Positions 41,133-51,696 are shown, counted from the first letter of the stretch. The stretch is DNA of 64,000 bases from an uncultured Actinomycetes bacterium (GCA_963755025.1 CAVWIH010000014.1:192001-256000); one strand, 5' to 3'. A program made the numbers and translations. Notes: a model not told the origin generated them from the sequence alone.

Positions 41133-43025
41133 TCAGGTTCCCGCCAGCTCCTGCCAGGTGCCCGGAACCGGCTGGATCGTGGTCGACAGGATGCTGTTGA
41201 GCCCGATGTTGTTGATCACCGTCGGGTTGTAGCAGATGCTGGAGTTGTTCGACAGCGTGAGATCCGTTCCGCTGTCGCCACCGCCCGAGGGGCAACCTTC
41301 GAGGACGGCGCCTACTACATTGGGGTGCGTGCCGTCATTGCCGAGAGGCGTGCCCGACGGCGCGTTGGCGCTGTGCGAGTAGCCGTGACCGTCGGTCGTC
41401 GCGTATCCCGAGATGCAGCACTCGGCCTCGAACAGGATCATCAGACCGTAGTACGTGCCTTGGCTGTCCCAGCAGCAGGTGTTGTTGTAGAGACCGTCGT
41501 TGTCGCACTGCATGAAGTAGACCATCGGGCTTGCCATCGTGCCGAAGTTGACATAGCCGTTCGAGTGGGTCTGCTCCGTAGTGGCCAGGACCTTGCACAT
41601 GACGGTCGAGGCCTGCGAGGTCGACTCGTAGGGTCCTGAGAAGTTGACGGCGACGTCGCCGGTGCCGGCGTCGCCATCGATCCAGACGTCGCCGAGATTC
41701 AGGTAGGTCGGGCCGCTGCTGCCGTCGTAGTCGGTGTTGTCGGCGGTGTCGCCATCGACCATGAGGATCTTGGCGAACAGCGGGCCGGCCACGGTGGGGC
41801 TCGCCATGATCGTGCCGTTTGCGGTCGTGGTCGTGGGCGACGTCGTCGCGATCGTGACGAGAGGAGAGGTCTTGGTCGTGCCGCCCTTCCAGTTGATCGT
41901 GTGGGCACAGTAGAGCGGCCCGAACTGGTCGGTGATAGCCGTAGTGGCGCCGCTTACGATCAGGCAACCGGTAGGGCCGCCGGCGCTGTTGCCGCTCACG
42001 TAGGTCGATGTGGCGTTGAAGGTCACGTTACCCGATAGCGCGAGAGCGCCGTTCACGTACAGTTTCTGGAAGTTGTACGTGGTTCCGGCGGTGTTGAGCG
42101 TGAGCGTGGTGCTCGTGTTGTTGTACTCCAGGTCTGAGCTCGCCGTGTAGGTCTTCGTGGCGGAGTTGTAGGTCATGGCGGCAAGCAGCGCACTGGCGGT
42201 CGTGTAAGTGTGTCCCGACCCGGGGCTCAGGTCGAACAGCGACGAGATGTTGTTCTGGCAGGTCTGGGCTTCGGTCATCAGCGCGGCCTGGTGGGCCTGG
42301 TCGAAGTAGTCGCTGAGCATACCCACGCCGCCACTCGTTTTGGTGAAGGTGTGGCCGGTGGTGGTGACCGAACCATTCACCTGCAGGCCGACCGACTGTG
42401 TCTGGGTGCCATCTGCCGGCGCCGCGAGTGTCGCGCTGCTGTCGGAGGTGAAGTTCCCCCCACACTCGATCGTCGTGGCGTAGGGGGAGCCCGACGTGTC
42501 GGGGGTGCCGTCGCCGTTCACGTAGTAGATGTTGCTCGTACCGGTCAGCGTCATGTTGGTATCGGTCCAGGCCGCCGAGAAGGGGATCACCGACAACGAC
42601 TTCTTCGACTGCACAAGCTCGCGCACGGTCGTCGTGCGGCCCTGGTAAGTGGTGGTGGTCTGCACCCACACCTCACCGTCGCCGTTGGAGTCCCAGTTGA
42701 CGCCGTAGTTGACGGGCGTCAGGTTGTCGTAGACCTGGTAGGTCACGGTCGGCGCGCCGGAGATCGTGCTGTAGTCGGCGCTCATCTCGGTCGCGTTCGT
42801 GAACGGCGTCGTCAGCCAGCTGTTGTCGTTCTCGACGCCCACGACGGCGCTGTTGAGCGCTGCCTCGGCGTACGACTCCGAAGTCTTGCTGGACCGCTCC
42901 CTGGCCGTGTTCCACTGCTGGTTTGTCAGCAGCATCACCAGGGCCGCGGCAAGGATCGCCAGGGCGGCCGTGATGCCGATGAGCAAGATCAGCCCGAATC
43001 CTTCCTCTCTTTTGCGACCCGGCAT
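41133..43025 (-). CDS. PilX-like minor pilin/adhesin with a large Thr/Ser-rich C-terminal domain
   Basis: REEG/FGLILLIGITAALAIL (no Glu5), YAEAALNSA; C-terminal W.E (GTWQEL); RBS GAGGGAG. Confidence 0.8.
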   Translation of the reverse strand: MPGRKREEGFGLILLIGITAALAILAAALVMLLTNQQWNTARERSSKTSESYAEAALNSAVVGVENDNSWLTTPFTNATEMSADYSTISGAPTVTYQVYDNLTPVNYGVNWDSNGDGEVWVQTTTTYQGRTTTVRELVQSKKSLSVIPFSAAWTDTNMTLTGTSNIYYVNGDGTPDTSGSPYATTIECGGNFTSDSSATLAAPADGTQTQSVGLQVNGSVTTTGHTFTKTSGGVGMLSDYFDQAHQAALMTEAQTCQNNISSLFDLSPGSGHTYTTASALLAAMTYNSATKTYTASSDLEYNNTSTTLTLNTAGTTYNFQKLYVNGALALSGNVTFNATSTYVSGNSAGGPTGCLIVSGATTAITDQFGPLYCAHTINWKGGTTKTSPLVTIATTSPTTTTANGTIMASPTVAGPLFAKILMVDGDTADNTDYDGSSGPTYLNLGDVWIDGDAGTGDVAVNFSGPYESTSQASTVMCKVLATTEQTHSNGYVNFGTMASPMVYFMQCDNDGLYNNTCCWDSQGTYYGLMILFEAECCISGYATTDGHGYSHSANAPSGTPLGNDGTHPNVVGAVLEGCPSGGGDSGTDLTLSNNSSICYNPTVINNIGLNSILSTTIQPVPGTWQELAGT

Positions 43026-43035
43026 CGCTGCTCCC

Positions 43036-43755
43036 TCAGTTCGCGCTCGCGTTACGCGGACGTATCGTCGAAACGAGATCGACGTACGTCGGCTTGCTGA
43101 GCAGGTTTGTGTCAAGAACGACTTCGATGTTCACCGCGACACACTTGGACGCGGTGGCGCTGGTGATGCTACTGGCCGTACTGTACGTGCCGTTTGTGTC
43201 AAAGACGTAGCTGAAGATCGGCCGGTTGACAGCCGTCGCGCTGTTCACGACGTTCGTGGCCAGCGTCATGACCTGATCGCCGGTATCGAACACGCCATCG
43301 TGGTTTGTGTCGTGGATCATCATCAGCTTCTTCTGAGACTGCGCTCCGGAGGTGTCGAGGTAGATCGAGGTCAGCACCGATTGGGCTTGGCCGCCAGCGC
43401 CACTCTGTGCGGCAGCGCTTGGGTTGTTGTACGGCGTATAGAACGTGCAGTCGTAACTGTCGTTCACGTAAGGGCTGGAGAGGGTGGAGCAAAAGGGGCT
43501 CGCCGTGCTGGATGCGCAGGGCTGAGCGTCGCGAAGTTCGCTCGAGACGCGGTCGAGCGCGTCTCGGCCCGCGGCCGCGGCCTGGTTCTTCTGCTCGGAG
43601 AAGTCGGCAGAGCGCTGCAGGGAGATCCAGGTGCCCACCAGCATGGTGCTCACGATCCCCATGATGAACATCGCGACGACGAGCTCGACGAGCGTGAAGC
43701 CGGCCTGGCGCCGACCGTGCCGGCCGGGCGCACTCGACCTGCCGCGCCCGCTCAC
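43036..43755 (-). CDS. PilW-like type IV minor pilin
   Basis: RRQAG/FTLVELVVAMFIMGIV; ALDRVSSELRDA; C-terminal IRPRN. Confidence 0.85.
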   Translation of the reverse strand: MSGRGRSSAPGRHGRRQAGFTLVELVVAMFIMGIVSTMLVGTWISLQRSADFSEQKNQAAAAGRDALDRVSSELRDAQPCASSTASPFCSTLSSPYVNDSYDCTFYTPYNNPSAAAQSGAGGQAQSVLTSIYLDTSGAQSQKKLMMIHDTNHDGVFDTGDQVMTLATNVVNSATAVNRPIFSYVFDTNGTYSTASSITSATASKCVAVNIEVVLDTNLLSKPTYVDLVSTIRPRNASAN

Positions 43756-44530
43756 GATCCACCGGGGTTCGTGTCGAACTTGACCCAGCCGTTGCTCAGC
43801 ATATGGAAGTTGGGGGTGTAGAGCGCCCCGGACCAGTCGACGCTGTTGCAATAGACGGTGTACATGTAGTTCATGCCGCCGGGCAGATTGGTCCAGGTGC
43901 AGGTCGTGGCGGAAGCGCTGGGCACCTGCTTGAGCGGCGTGGCGGTCGTCGCGACATTAGGCGTCGGGCTGGTGTTCACGTAGACGACGTAGACGCCTGC
44001 CGAGCTCACCTCGGTGTAGTTCTTGAACGCGACCGTCAGCGAATAGGGCCCGTTTCCACCCGTGGGGCCGGACGTCGAGGACGTCACGATTGGATTGGGG
44101 TTCTGGATCGTGGTCTTGACACTGGTGGTGAAGCCATCGTTGGGCCTGGTGACCGACACCGTGACGTTCTTGTACGGAGCGTTCGCACTATCATCTGAAA
44201 CAGTCGTGCTGATGTTGTACGGCTGGCCCCCGGCGGGAGGCGTGTAGGTGGTGCTGATCAGGGAGGGGTTCCAGGAGCTCGAGTTTAGGTTGGCGTTTGT
44301 GATGTTGGCGTAGCTCGAGGGGCTCGCGGCCAGCACGCGTATCTTCTCCAACTGAGCCTGAGCGATGTTGGTGGCGATGACGCGACGGGAGTTGGTCGAC
44401 GTGCCCTTGAGCACGCCGACGAACATGGGCGTCATGGCCAGGAAGATGATCCCGGCAAGGAGCACGGTCACCAGCAACTCGACCAGGCTGAAACCGTCGT
44501 TTAAGCACCGAGATGTCTTAGGGCGTGCAT
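43752..44530 (-). CDS. PilV-like type IV minor pilin; one-base frameshift in the leader near 44502
   Basis: NDG/FSLVELLVTVLLAGII; ATNIAQAQLEKIR. The ATG at 44530 is one base out of frame with the prepilin motif. Confidence 0.82.
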
Positions 44531-44693
44531 GGCTTGATCAACCCCCCATCCTGACGGGCTTGCAGGGCCCACAGCTGTCGCGACAGTCGTCATGGCGCAG
44601 TCGTTCGTCAACCAGTCGGCACGTTGCGCGCGACACTTTAGCGTCGTTCCCGAGAAGGTCTGGTGGGTGAGTCGAGTGCCTGGCGGACAACGT

Positions 44694-44835
44694 GGCTGAC
44701 TCCTGTGGCGCCTCGTCACGGCGAGTCGCTGTCGGCGATTCCCTTCCGGGCTTCTGTGCAGTGAATGCGCCGGGCAGGGAGTCTGTGACAGGTTTCTCTT
44801 GCCGGGGCCGTGACGAAGCGCAGATTTGTGTAGCC
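44694..44835 (+). ncRNA. Candidate multi-stem structured RNA (unassigned)
   Basis: Closing stem 44709-44722/44807-44820 encloses hairpins at 44723-44741, 44756-44770 and about 44773-44803, with G-U pairs mostly favouring the + strand. Confidence 0.25.
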
Positions 44836-44977
44836 GCACCTGGCGACGGAGCACGGGGCGCAAGCGGACGCAGGCTCCGCGCACGAGTGCGGGCCGTGCG
44901 GTCAGCGTAGTCTCACCGTCTCTGCCGGTCCGATCCGGCTGGCGGCGCCAAGGGCGCCGCAACCGGGCGCGCCTGTT

Positions 44978-47245
44978 TCAGGCCCACCGTTTGACGGCGG
45001 CGTCGGAGAGGCGGTCGGCGGCCTCGTTCAAGCGCAGGCCGACCACGTCGAGGCGGCGCAGCAGCTCGCGGCACTTGACGACCTCCATGGTGAGCTTGCC
45101 GCGGAACAGGCGGCCGAGCTCGATGTCGTAGAGGCGGCGGATCTCGCCGGCCGACTCCTTCGATGCCAACGCGGTCTTCACGTCTTTGGGGTCGTTGGCG
45201 ATGGCCTGCACCGCGAGCTGCAGATCGGCGATGCCGCCGGCCGTGGCGTCGAGCAGGCCCAGATACGACGTGGCCGCCTTGATCTCGTAGAGGTCCCACT
45301 CGCGAATGAAGTCGCGCAGGTTGTCGAGCACGTCGTCGATCGAGCGCGACAGGCGAAAGAGGTCTTCGCGGTCGATGGGCGCCACCAGCACGCCCGACAG
45401 GCGCGCCACGAGCTCGCCGCGCATGGTGTCGCCGCGCCGTTCCACGGCCGCCATGCGCTCGTGGGCCGTGACGCCGTCGATCGTGCCGCCGGCCACCGCG
45501 CGCGCCACGCCGCAGGCGTTGGTGGCCTCGGTGAGCTGCGCTTCGAGCGCCGACACGACCGCCAGGCGGCTGTGCAGGCAGTCCTGCACGGCCTCGTTGA
45601 CGGTCAGGAAGAAGTGGTCTTCGCCGAGCAGCTCGGTAAGGCCGCTGCGCCGGAAGACGTCGAGCACGAGCGAGCCGACGCGGGCGAAGACCAGGTCGCG
45701 GCCGCTGTCGCGCAAGTTATGGGCCAGGCGCACCAGCGTCTCGGCCGCGGTCACGTCGAGGTCGGTGGTCGACTCCATGTTCCACACCACGACGCGCGGC
45801 TTGGGCCGCGTGTCGCTCAGCAGCTGGTTGAGGCGGTCGACGGCGAAGCCCGCGTTGGCGAAGAAGAGCTGGCCGTCGAGGCGAAAGATGAGCAGGCCGG
45901 GAAAGGTCTCGTTCTCGGGGTGGCGGGCGGTGTCGCTGTAGGTCGTAGCGTCGGGCACGCGGCCCAGCTCGGCGGCGTGCGGGCGGCTCGTGCGGTAGAT
46001 CAGCACGGCCAGCGAGAGCCCCACGGCGATGCCCAGGCCGGGCAGCACACCCAGGGCCAGCACACCCACGAGGGCGGCCAGCGCGGGCACGGCGTCGACG
46101 GCGCGCACGCCGGCAAAGCGCCACAGGGCCTTCACGTCGATCAGGCCCCAGACGGCGCGCACCACGACGGCGCCGAGGATGGCTTCGGGCAGGTCGTGTC
46201 CGACCCGGGTGACCGTGAACACCGCGGCGACCATGACGGCGGCGCCGATCAGGCCGGCGAGCTGGGTGCGGGCGCCGGCGGTGTCGTTCAACGCCGACCC
46301 CGACAGGCCGCCGCTCACCACGATGCCGCCGAAGGCTCCCGAGCCGATGTTCGCCAGGCCCAGGGCGACCAGCTCCTGGTTGGAGTCGATCTCGTAGCTG
46401 TGCCGCACGGCGAACGTGCGGGCGCCGGACAGGGCCTCGGCGTAGACCACGATGGCGATGCCGGCGGCGCTGGGCAGCAGGCCGAGGGCGTCGGACAGGT
46501 GGACGTCGGGCAGATGGGGCAGCGGCAGACCGCTCGGGATGGTGCCCACCATGGCGACCCCGTGGGCGCTCAGGTGAAAGACCGCCGCGGCGACGATGCC
46601 GAGCACAAGGACGGCGAGCGCCGCCGGCACCCTGGGCCAGCGCCGCAAGACGAACAGCAGCGTCAAGGCCACGGCGCTCACCAGCGCCGTCACCAGGCTC
46701 GCGCCGCTCAGGTGGGTGAGGTCTGCCCAGACCGGCCTGAAGAAGTTGGCGTAGCTCGGCACGTGCAGCCCCAGGAGCTTGGGCACCTGGCGGGCGATGA
46801 TGGTGAGCGCGAGGCCGGTGACGTAGCCCGTGACCACCGGGCGCGACAGGAACGCCGAGATGAACCCCAGCCGCGCGATGCCGGCGAGGAGGCTGAACGA
46901 GCCGACGAGCACGGCCACCATGGCCACCAGGGCGGTCGCCTGGGCGGGGCTGGTGGCGCCGTGGGCGGCCACCACCGCCGCGGTCATGATGGCGGCGGTC
47001 GAGGTAGGCGAACAGGCGAGCTGGCGCGAGGTGCCGAAGACCGCGTAGATGACGAGGGCGGCCAGGGTCGCGTACAGGCCGGCCTGGGGCGGCACGCCGG
47101 CGATCTGCGCGTAGGCCATGCACTCGGGCAGCAGCAGGCCGATCACGGTGAGGGCGGCGACGGCATCGTAGCGCAGCCAGCGCCGCTGATACCCGGCGGT
47201 CCACTGTGTGATCGGCAGCAGGCGGTGCAGCCGCGCGTACCGCAC
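44978..47245 (-). CDS. SulP/SLC26 anion transporter-STAS fused to a DUF47 (PhoU-like) domain; start uncertain
   Basis: MAYAQIAGVPPQAGLYA, NQELVALGLANI, STAS FRLDGQLFFAN...DLDVTA, then in frame ERRGD...PIDREDLFRLSRSIDDVLD. Confidence 0.9.
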   Translation of the reverse strand: MRYARLHRLLPITQWTAGYQRRWLRYDAVAALTVIGLLLPECMAYAQIAGVPPQAGLYATLAALVIYAVFGTSRQLACSPTSTAAIMTAAVVAAHGATSPAQATALVAMVAVLVGSFSLLAGIARLGFISAFLSRPVVTGYVTGLALTIIARQVPKLLGLHVPSYANFFRPVWADLTHLSGASLVTALVSAVALTLLFVLRRWPRVPAALAVLVLGIVAAAVFHLSAHGVAMVGTIPSGLPLPHLPDVHLSDALGLLPSAAGIAIVVYAEALSGARTFAVRHSYEIDSNQELVALGLANIGSGAFGGIVVSGGLSGSALNDTAGARTQLAGLIGAAVMVAAVFTVTRVGHDLPEAILGAVVVRAVWGLIDVKALWRFAGVRAVDAVPALAALVGVLALGVLPGLGIAVGLSLAVLIYRTSRPHAAELGRVPDATTYSDTARHPENETFPGLLIFRLDGQLFFANAGFAVDRLNQLLSDTRPKPRVVVWNMESTTDLDVTAAETLVRLAHNLRDSGRDLVFARVGSLVLDVFRRSGLTELLGEDHFFLTVNEAVQDCLHSRLAVVSALEAQLTEATNACGVARAVAGGTIDGVTAHERMAAVERRGDTMRGELVARLSGVLVAPIDREDLFRLSRSIDDVLDNLRDFIREWDLYEIKAATSYLGLLDATAGGIADLQLAVQAIANDPKDVKTALASKESAGEIRRLYDIELGRLFRGKLTMEVVKCRELLRRLDVVGLRLNEAADRLSDAAVKRWA

Positions 47246-47542
47246 CGCGTGGGGCGGCCCGCCCTGCTGAGACTCCTGCGGCCGTGTAGCCGAGCTAGAA
47301 GCGCTCACTCGCCCTGATCTTCCGTTCGCTGCCGTCCTGCTTATGATAGAGCGGGAGCGCCGCGAGGCGTAGCCCCCCAAGACAGAAGAACGAACGATCG
47401 CGCGCTTACAGCGACCCTGTAGCGAGACCCGCGACGATGGTCTTGAGCGCGCGGAGCCTGCGCGCCGACGGGGCGAGGGGGCGCCCCGCCCCTCGCCGCC
47501 CCGCCCCTCGCCGCGTCACCCGACGTCAGCCAAGCCGGCGGC

Positions 47543-47938
47543 TTACATCTGCGGCGGCTTGTGCACGCCTATGCGGTTGCCCTCCGAGTCGATGAACGCG
47601 CCGATCGTGCCCACCATCTGTCCCATATCGGTGGCGGGCATGTCGATGCGGCCGCCTGCGTCGGCGGCGCGCTGCAGCATGCCTTCGGGGTCGTCGTGGC
47701 TGTTCAGGTAGATCGTGGGGCCTTCTGCGCTGGGCTTGCGGTCTGTGACGACCATCAGGTCGAAGGCGACCGGGAACTGTGGCTGACCGTCCTGCGAGTC
47801 GGCCTCCGGCGCCGGCAGGCCGATACCGTCCATGCCCTCGACGGTGACGAACGGATGCTGCAGCACGGCGCCGTAGAACTTCATGGCGCGATCCAGATCG
47901 CTGACCGGGATGTCGGCCCAAACCACCATGTTCTCCAC
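47543..47938 (-). CDS. VOC/glyoxalase family protein (paralog of 1504-1875)
   Basis: VVWADIPVSDLDRAMKFYG...FIDSEGNRIGVHKPPQM; RBS GGAGGG. Confidence 0.9.
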   Translation of the reverse strand: MENMVVWADIPVSDLDRAMKFYGAVLQHPFVTVEGMDGIGLPAPEADSQDGQPQFPVAFDLMVVTDRKPSAEGPTIYLNSHDDPEGMLQRAADAGGRIDMPATDMGQMVGTIGAFIDSEGNRIGVHKPPQM

Positions 47939-48094
47939 CGGTGTCCCTCCTGCCTCGAGGTGCGGAAAAAGAGGGAGGCAGCCCGACGAGAGCGGTCCGC
48001 TGTCGAACGTCCTTCCCTGCGAGACTGCCGCCACAGGCAGCTTGCCCCTTCGGGCGGCGTCTCTATGCCGCTGGCGATGCCGCCGACCCGTCGG

Positions 48095-48166
48095 GGCGCC
48101 GCGAGCGCTCCGGGCGCCGCGAGCGCGCCGGGCGTCGCGAGCGCTCCGGGCGCCGCCAGCGTGCCG
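48095..48166. repeat. 18-bp tandem repeat, 4 copies, intergenic
   Basis: ggcgccgcgagcgctccg with small variations. Confidence 0.8.
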
Positions 48167-48201
48167 CGAAGCGGCCGCCGCGCTGCGTTGCGGCCGCCCC
48201 C

Positions 48202-49883
48202 CTACACGCGCGGCAGGATCGTCGTCGTCTTGGAGTCGATACCCGTCGCGCCCGAGGGGAACTCGGGGTTCTCGGCGGCGTCCTGCACGATCCCCTGGCC
48301 GTCGTAGGCGCGCACCGCGAAGACGTGCACGCCCTCGCTGAACGGCCACTCGTAGCGCCAGATCACCCAGGTCAGGCCCGACAGCGGCGCACGCAGCTCC
48401 GCCGCCTGCCACGGGCCCTGGTCGACCCTCACCTCGACCTTCGAGATGCCGCGGTCGCCGGCGTGGGCGATGCCGCCCACCGGCACGAAGACGGCGCCGC
48501 CACGCTGCACGAGGTCCTCGGTCGCCACCGTGTCGACGACCGAGGTGGTGCGCATGCGGGCCACCGCGTCCCAGCCGCGCCGCACCCAGTACCCCTGTGT
48601 GGCGTCGGCCGCGAGCACGATGTCGGTGATCCACTTGGGCTGCTTCATGCCGTAGCGACCGGGCCGGTAGATGCGCAGCGGAAAGCCGTGCTCGGCCGGC
48701 AGCGGCTGGCCGTTCCAGGAATGAGCCAACACGATGCGCGGGTCGGCGCGCACGTCGGCGAGCTCGACCACCTCGTCGAAGCCGTCCTTGGCCAGCAGGT
48801 GGACGTAGGCGGCCGCCGGTCGCGGGGCCGCGTCGGCGAGCACGTCGCGCAGCGGCGGGCCGCTCCACAGGGTGGTGCCGATCAGCGGTCCGCCCACCGG
48901 GTTGGAGATGCACGACAGGGTGATGAACTGGTCGCTCGCGCGATAGGCGGTCTTCAGCTGCGCGAGCGTCAGGCTCAGGGGCTGCGCCACCAGGCCGGCG
49001 ATGCGCAGCCGGTACGACGCACCGTTGATCGACGGCGGCGAGAAGTCGATGTCGACGCGGTAGTGGTCGGCGACGGCGGTGTACTCGGGCCGCGTGCCGG
49101 GGACCGGTTTCACGGGCGAATCAGCGTTGGGGAACGGGATCGGCGCCTTCACGATCGCCGGCACCGCCGGGCCGCCCTCGACGCTCAGCAACTCGGCGAC
49201 CTCGGCGCCGACGAAGACCACGGTGGCGACCAGGCCGCCGACCCTGACGAGAAAGCGGCGGCGGTCGAGCCGCGTCACGTCGTCGGCCGTGGGCGCCGGA
49301 GGAGCCTCCACGGCGGCGGGCGCCTCGACGGCGGCGGGCGCCTCCACAGCGGCGGGAGCCTCGACAGCGGCGGGAGCCGTGCGCAGGCAGGCGACGGCCA
49401 GGCCCCAGCCCCACAGCTGAAAGAGCCCCAGGATCCAGAGGGCGTGACAAAATCGGCGGCCGCGCCGGCCGGAGGCTGTTCGATGAAGGTGACGACGAGC
49501 GAGAAGAGGCCGATCACGGCGCCCACCGCGCGGCCGTAGCGCGACACGCGCAGCGGCTCGCGCGAGCGCACCACGCTGAAGAAGAGCAGGCCGACGAGGC
49601 AGCCGGCCACGAACAGGCCGCTGAGCGCCAGCGCCTCCTCGGCCGTCTTGGCCGTGTTCTTGATGTTCAAGCCGAGGTCGGTGAGGACCCGCAGCGTGGT
49701 CTCCAGACCGAAGATCACCAGGCGGCCCGGGAGCACCCGGATCAGCCACTCGAAGACGGTCAGACCGACCGACGGCAGGCTCAGCCGGCCGCCCAGCGCA
49801 AAGGCGCCCAGCAGCACCGCCGTGAGCAGCGCTCCCGCCGCGAGTCCGGTGAGCGCCCGGCCGATCCTGTGTGTGCGTTCCAC
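48202..49883 (-). CDS. Membrane-anchored sulfite oxidase family molybdopterin oxidoreductase; frameshift near 49446
   Basis: N-terminal TM segments, internal DRRRFL, ITLSCISNPVGG (Mo-binding Cys), WNGQPLPAEHGFPLR, PGRYGMKQPKW, GYWVRRGW, C-terminal Ig-like dimerisation domain. Confidence 0.9.
49301..49378. repeat. 18-bp coding repeat (APAAVE x4) in the oxidoreductase linker
   Basis: Translation TAPAAVEAPAAVEAPAAVEAPAAVEAPPAP. Confidence 0.85.
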
Positions 49884-50110
49884 CTGCGCCCCCCGCCCTC
49901 GTCCGGACGCTCGCGGTCGTGCCGCGCCAGTCCCGATGCCCTGGGTCGTGTCGCGCCCCTCGTCCGGACGCAGGAGTCGTGCCCCATCGTGCCGACGCAG
50001 GGGTTGTGCCCCCGCGTCGCGCCCCGCTAGCCGCGTTTTTGCGGCCAACGCGGGCGACGGCGCCGGGCCGGGGAATACCGCCGACGTCGCCCTAACCCGA
50101 GGAGGACTCG

Positions 50111-50491
50111 ATGCTCACCCACAGTCACGCGTTCAGCGGCTTCTCGTCGAACGACATCGCCAAGGCTCAGGAGTTCTACGCGACCACCCTGGGGATCGAG
50201 GTGACCGAGGCCAACGGCTTGCTCACCCTGCAGTTCGCGGGCGGCGCGCGGACCATCATCTACCCCAAGGCCGACCACGAGCCGGCGACGTTCACGGTGC
50301 TGAACTTCCCGGTCGACGACATCGACGCCGCCGTCGCCGAGCTCACCAGGGCCGGCGTGCGCTTCGAGCGCTACGAGGGCATGCCCCAGGAAGAGAGCGG
50401 CATCATGCGCCACTCAGCCACGCAGCCCGGCCCTTCGATCGCCTGGTTCAAAGACCCCGCCGGTAACATCCTGTCCGTGCTCGAGGACTAG
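50111..50491 (+). CDS. VOC/glyoxalase family protein
   Basis: [43 protein letters not shown]; RBS GGAGGA. Confidence 0.92.
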   Translation: MLTHSHAFSGFSSNDIAKAQEFYATTLGIEVTEANGLLTLQFAGGARTIIYPKADHEPATFTVLNFPVDDIDAAVAELTRAGVRFERYEGMPQEESGIMRHSATQPGPSIAWFKDPAGNILSVLED

Positions 50492-50652
50492 GCCGGCGCC
50501 CGCCGCCCGGGCGACGGCACCGCGGCGGAACGCGGCGGCGCGTTGCGGCGCTGCGTCGTCAGCCGCACCCCCGGGCGACGACGCCCGACGCCTGAGGTAG
50601 GCTGAGCGCCCAGCCAGAAGGCGCCGCGGCGGTGCCTCGAAGGGAGTCGCGC

Positions 50653-51696
50653 ATGAAGGCCTACCAGCTCGTCGAGTGGGCGAGACCGCCCGAGCTGCGC
50701 GACGTGCCGGTGCCCGAGCCGGGCCCCGGCGAGGTGCTGCTCAAGGTGGGCGGCTGCGGGGCCTGCCACACCGACCTGCACCTCATGGACCGGCCGATGC
50801 ACGACGACCCCTACGAGCGGCCGCCGTTCACCCTGGGGCACGAGAGCGCGGGCTGGGTGGCGGCGCTGGGCGCGGACGTGAGCGGCTGGCGGGTCGGCGA
50901 CCCGGCCGCCGTGTACGGCGCCTGGGGCTGCGGCCGCTGCGCGCCCTGCCTGCAGGGTCGCGAGATGCTCTGCGAACGCATCGCCGATGTCGGCTCGTGG
51001 GGCGGCGGCCTGGGTCGCGACGGCGGCATGGCCGAGTACCTGCTCGTGCCGAGCGCCAGGCTGCTGGTGCCGCTCGGCGGCCTCGATCCGCGCGACGCCG
51101 CCCCACTGACCGACGCGGCGCTCACGCCTTACCACGCCATCAAGTCGACCCTGCCGCTGCTCGGCCCCGACACGTGGGCGCTCGTCGTCGGCGTCGGCGG
51201 TCTCGGTCACCTGGCCGTCCAGTTGCTGCGCGCCGTCTCTCCGGCTCGCGTGGTCGCCGTCGACGTCGGGGCAGGCCGGCTCGCGCTGGCGCGCCGCAGC
51301 GGCGCCGAGGCGACGGTCGTGGCCGGCCCTTCGGCGGCAGCCGAGGTCCGCGAGCTCACCGACGGCCTCGGCGCGATGGTCGTGCTCGACTGCGTCGGCT
51401 CCGACCAGACCATGAGCCTCGCCGCGGCGGCGGCTCGCGCCGGCGGTGCGGTGCAGGTCATCGGTCTCGGCGGCGGCGCGCTGCACCTCAGCCTCGGCGT
51501 GCTGCCGTTCGACTGCAGCCTGACCATGCCCTACTGGGGCAGCCTCGGCGAGCTCGCCGAGGTGATCGCGCTGGCCGACGCCGGGGCCATCCACGCGCAC
51601 ACCGAGCGCTTCGCCTTGAGCGAGGTCGCCGAGGCCTATGCCCGGCTGCGGGCCGGCGCCGTGCAGGGCCGCGCGGTGATCACCCCGCACGGATAG
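50653..51696 (+). CDS. Zn-dependent NAD(P) alcohol dehydrogenase
   Basis: GACHTD, LGHE, CGRCAPC...C, DAALTPYHAI, GVGGLG. Confidence 0.95.
   Translation: MKAYQLVEWARPPELRDVPVPEPGPGEVLLKVGGCGACHTDLHLMDRPMHDDPYERPPFTLGHESAGWVAALGADVSGWRVGDPAAVYGAWGCGRCAPCLQGREMLCERIADVGSWGGGLGRDGGMAEYLLVPSARLLVPLGGLDPRDAAPLTDAALTPYHAIKSTLPLLGPDTWALVVGVGGLGHLAVQLLRAVSPARVVAVDVGAGRLALARRSGAEATVVAGPSAAAEVRELTDGLGAMVVLDCVGSDQTMSLAAAAARAGGAVQVIGLGGGALHLSLGVLPFDCSLTMPYWGSLGELAEVIALADAGAIHAHTERFALSEVAEAYARLRAGAVQGRAVITPHG

Noticed and set aside
44580-44700. c-di-GMP-I riboswitch upstream of the pilin operon (GACGCTAAAG-like segment)
   Set aside because: It lacks the GGCAAA.../GAAA tetraloop and receptor arrangement; only a short chance match.
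44775-44795. tRNA-Sec suggested by CTG-TCA-CAG on the - strand
   Set aside because: The loop is only 3 nt, and there is no T-arm (TTCRA) or acceptor stem arrangement.
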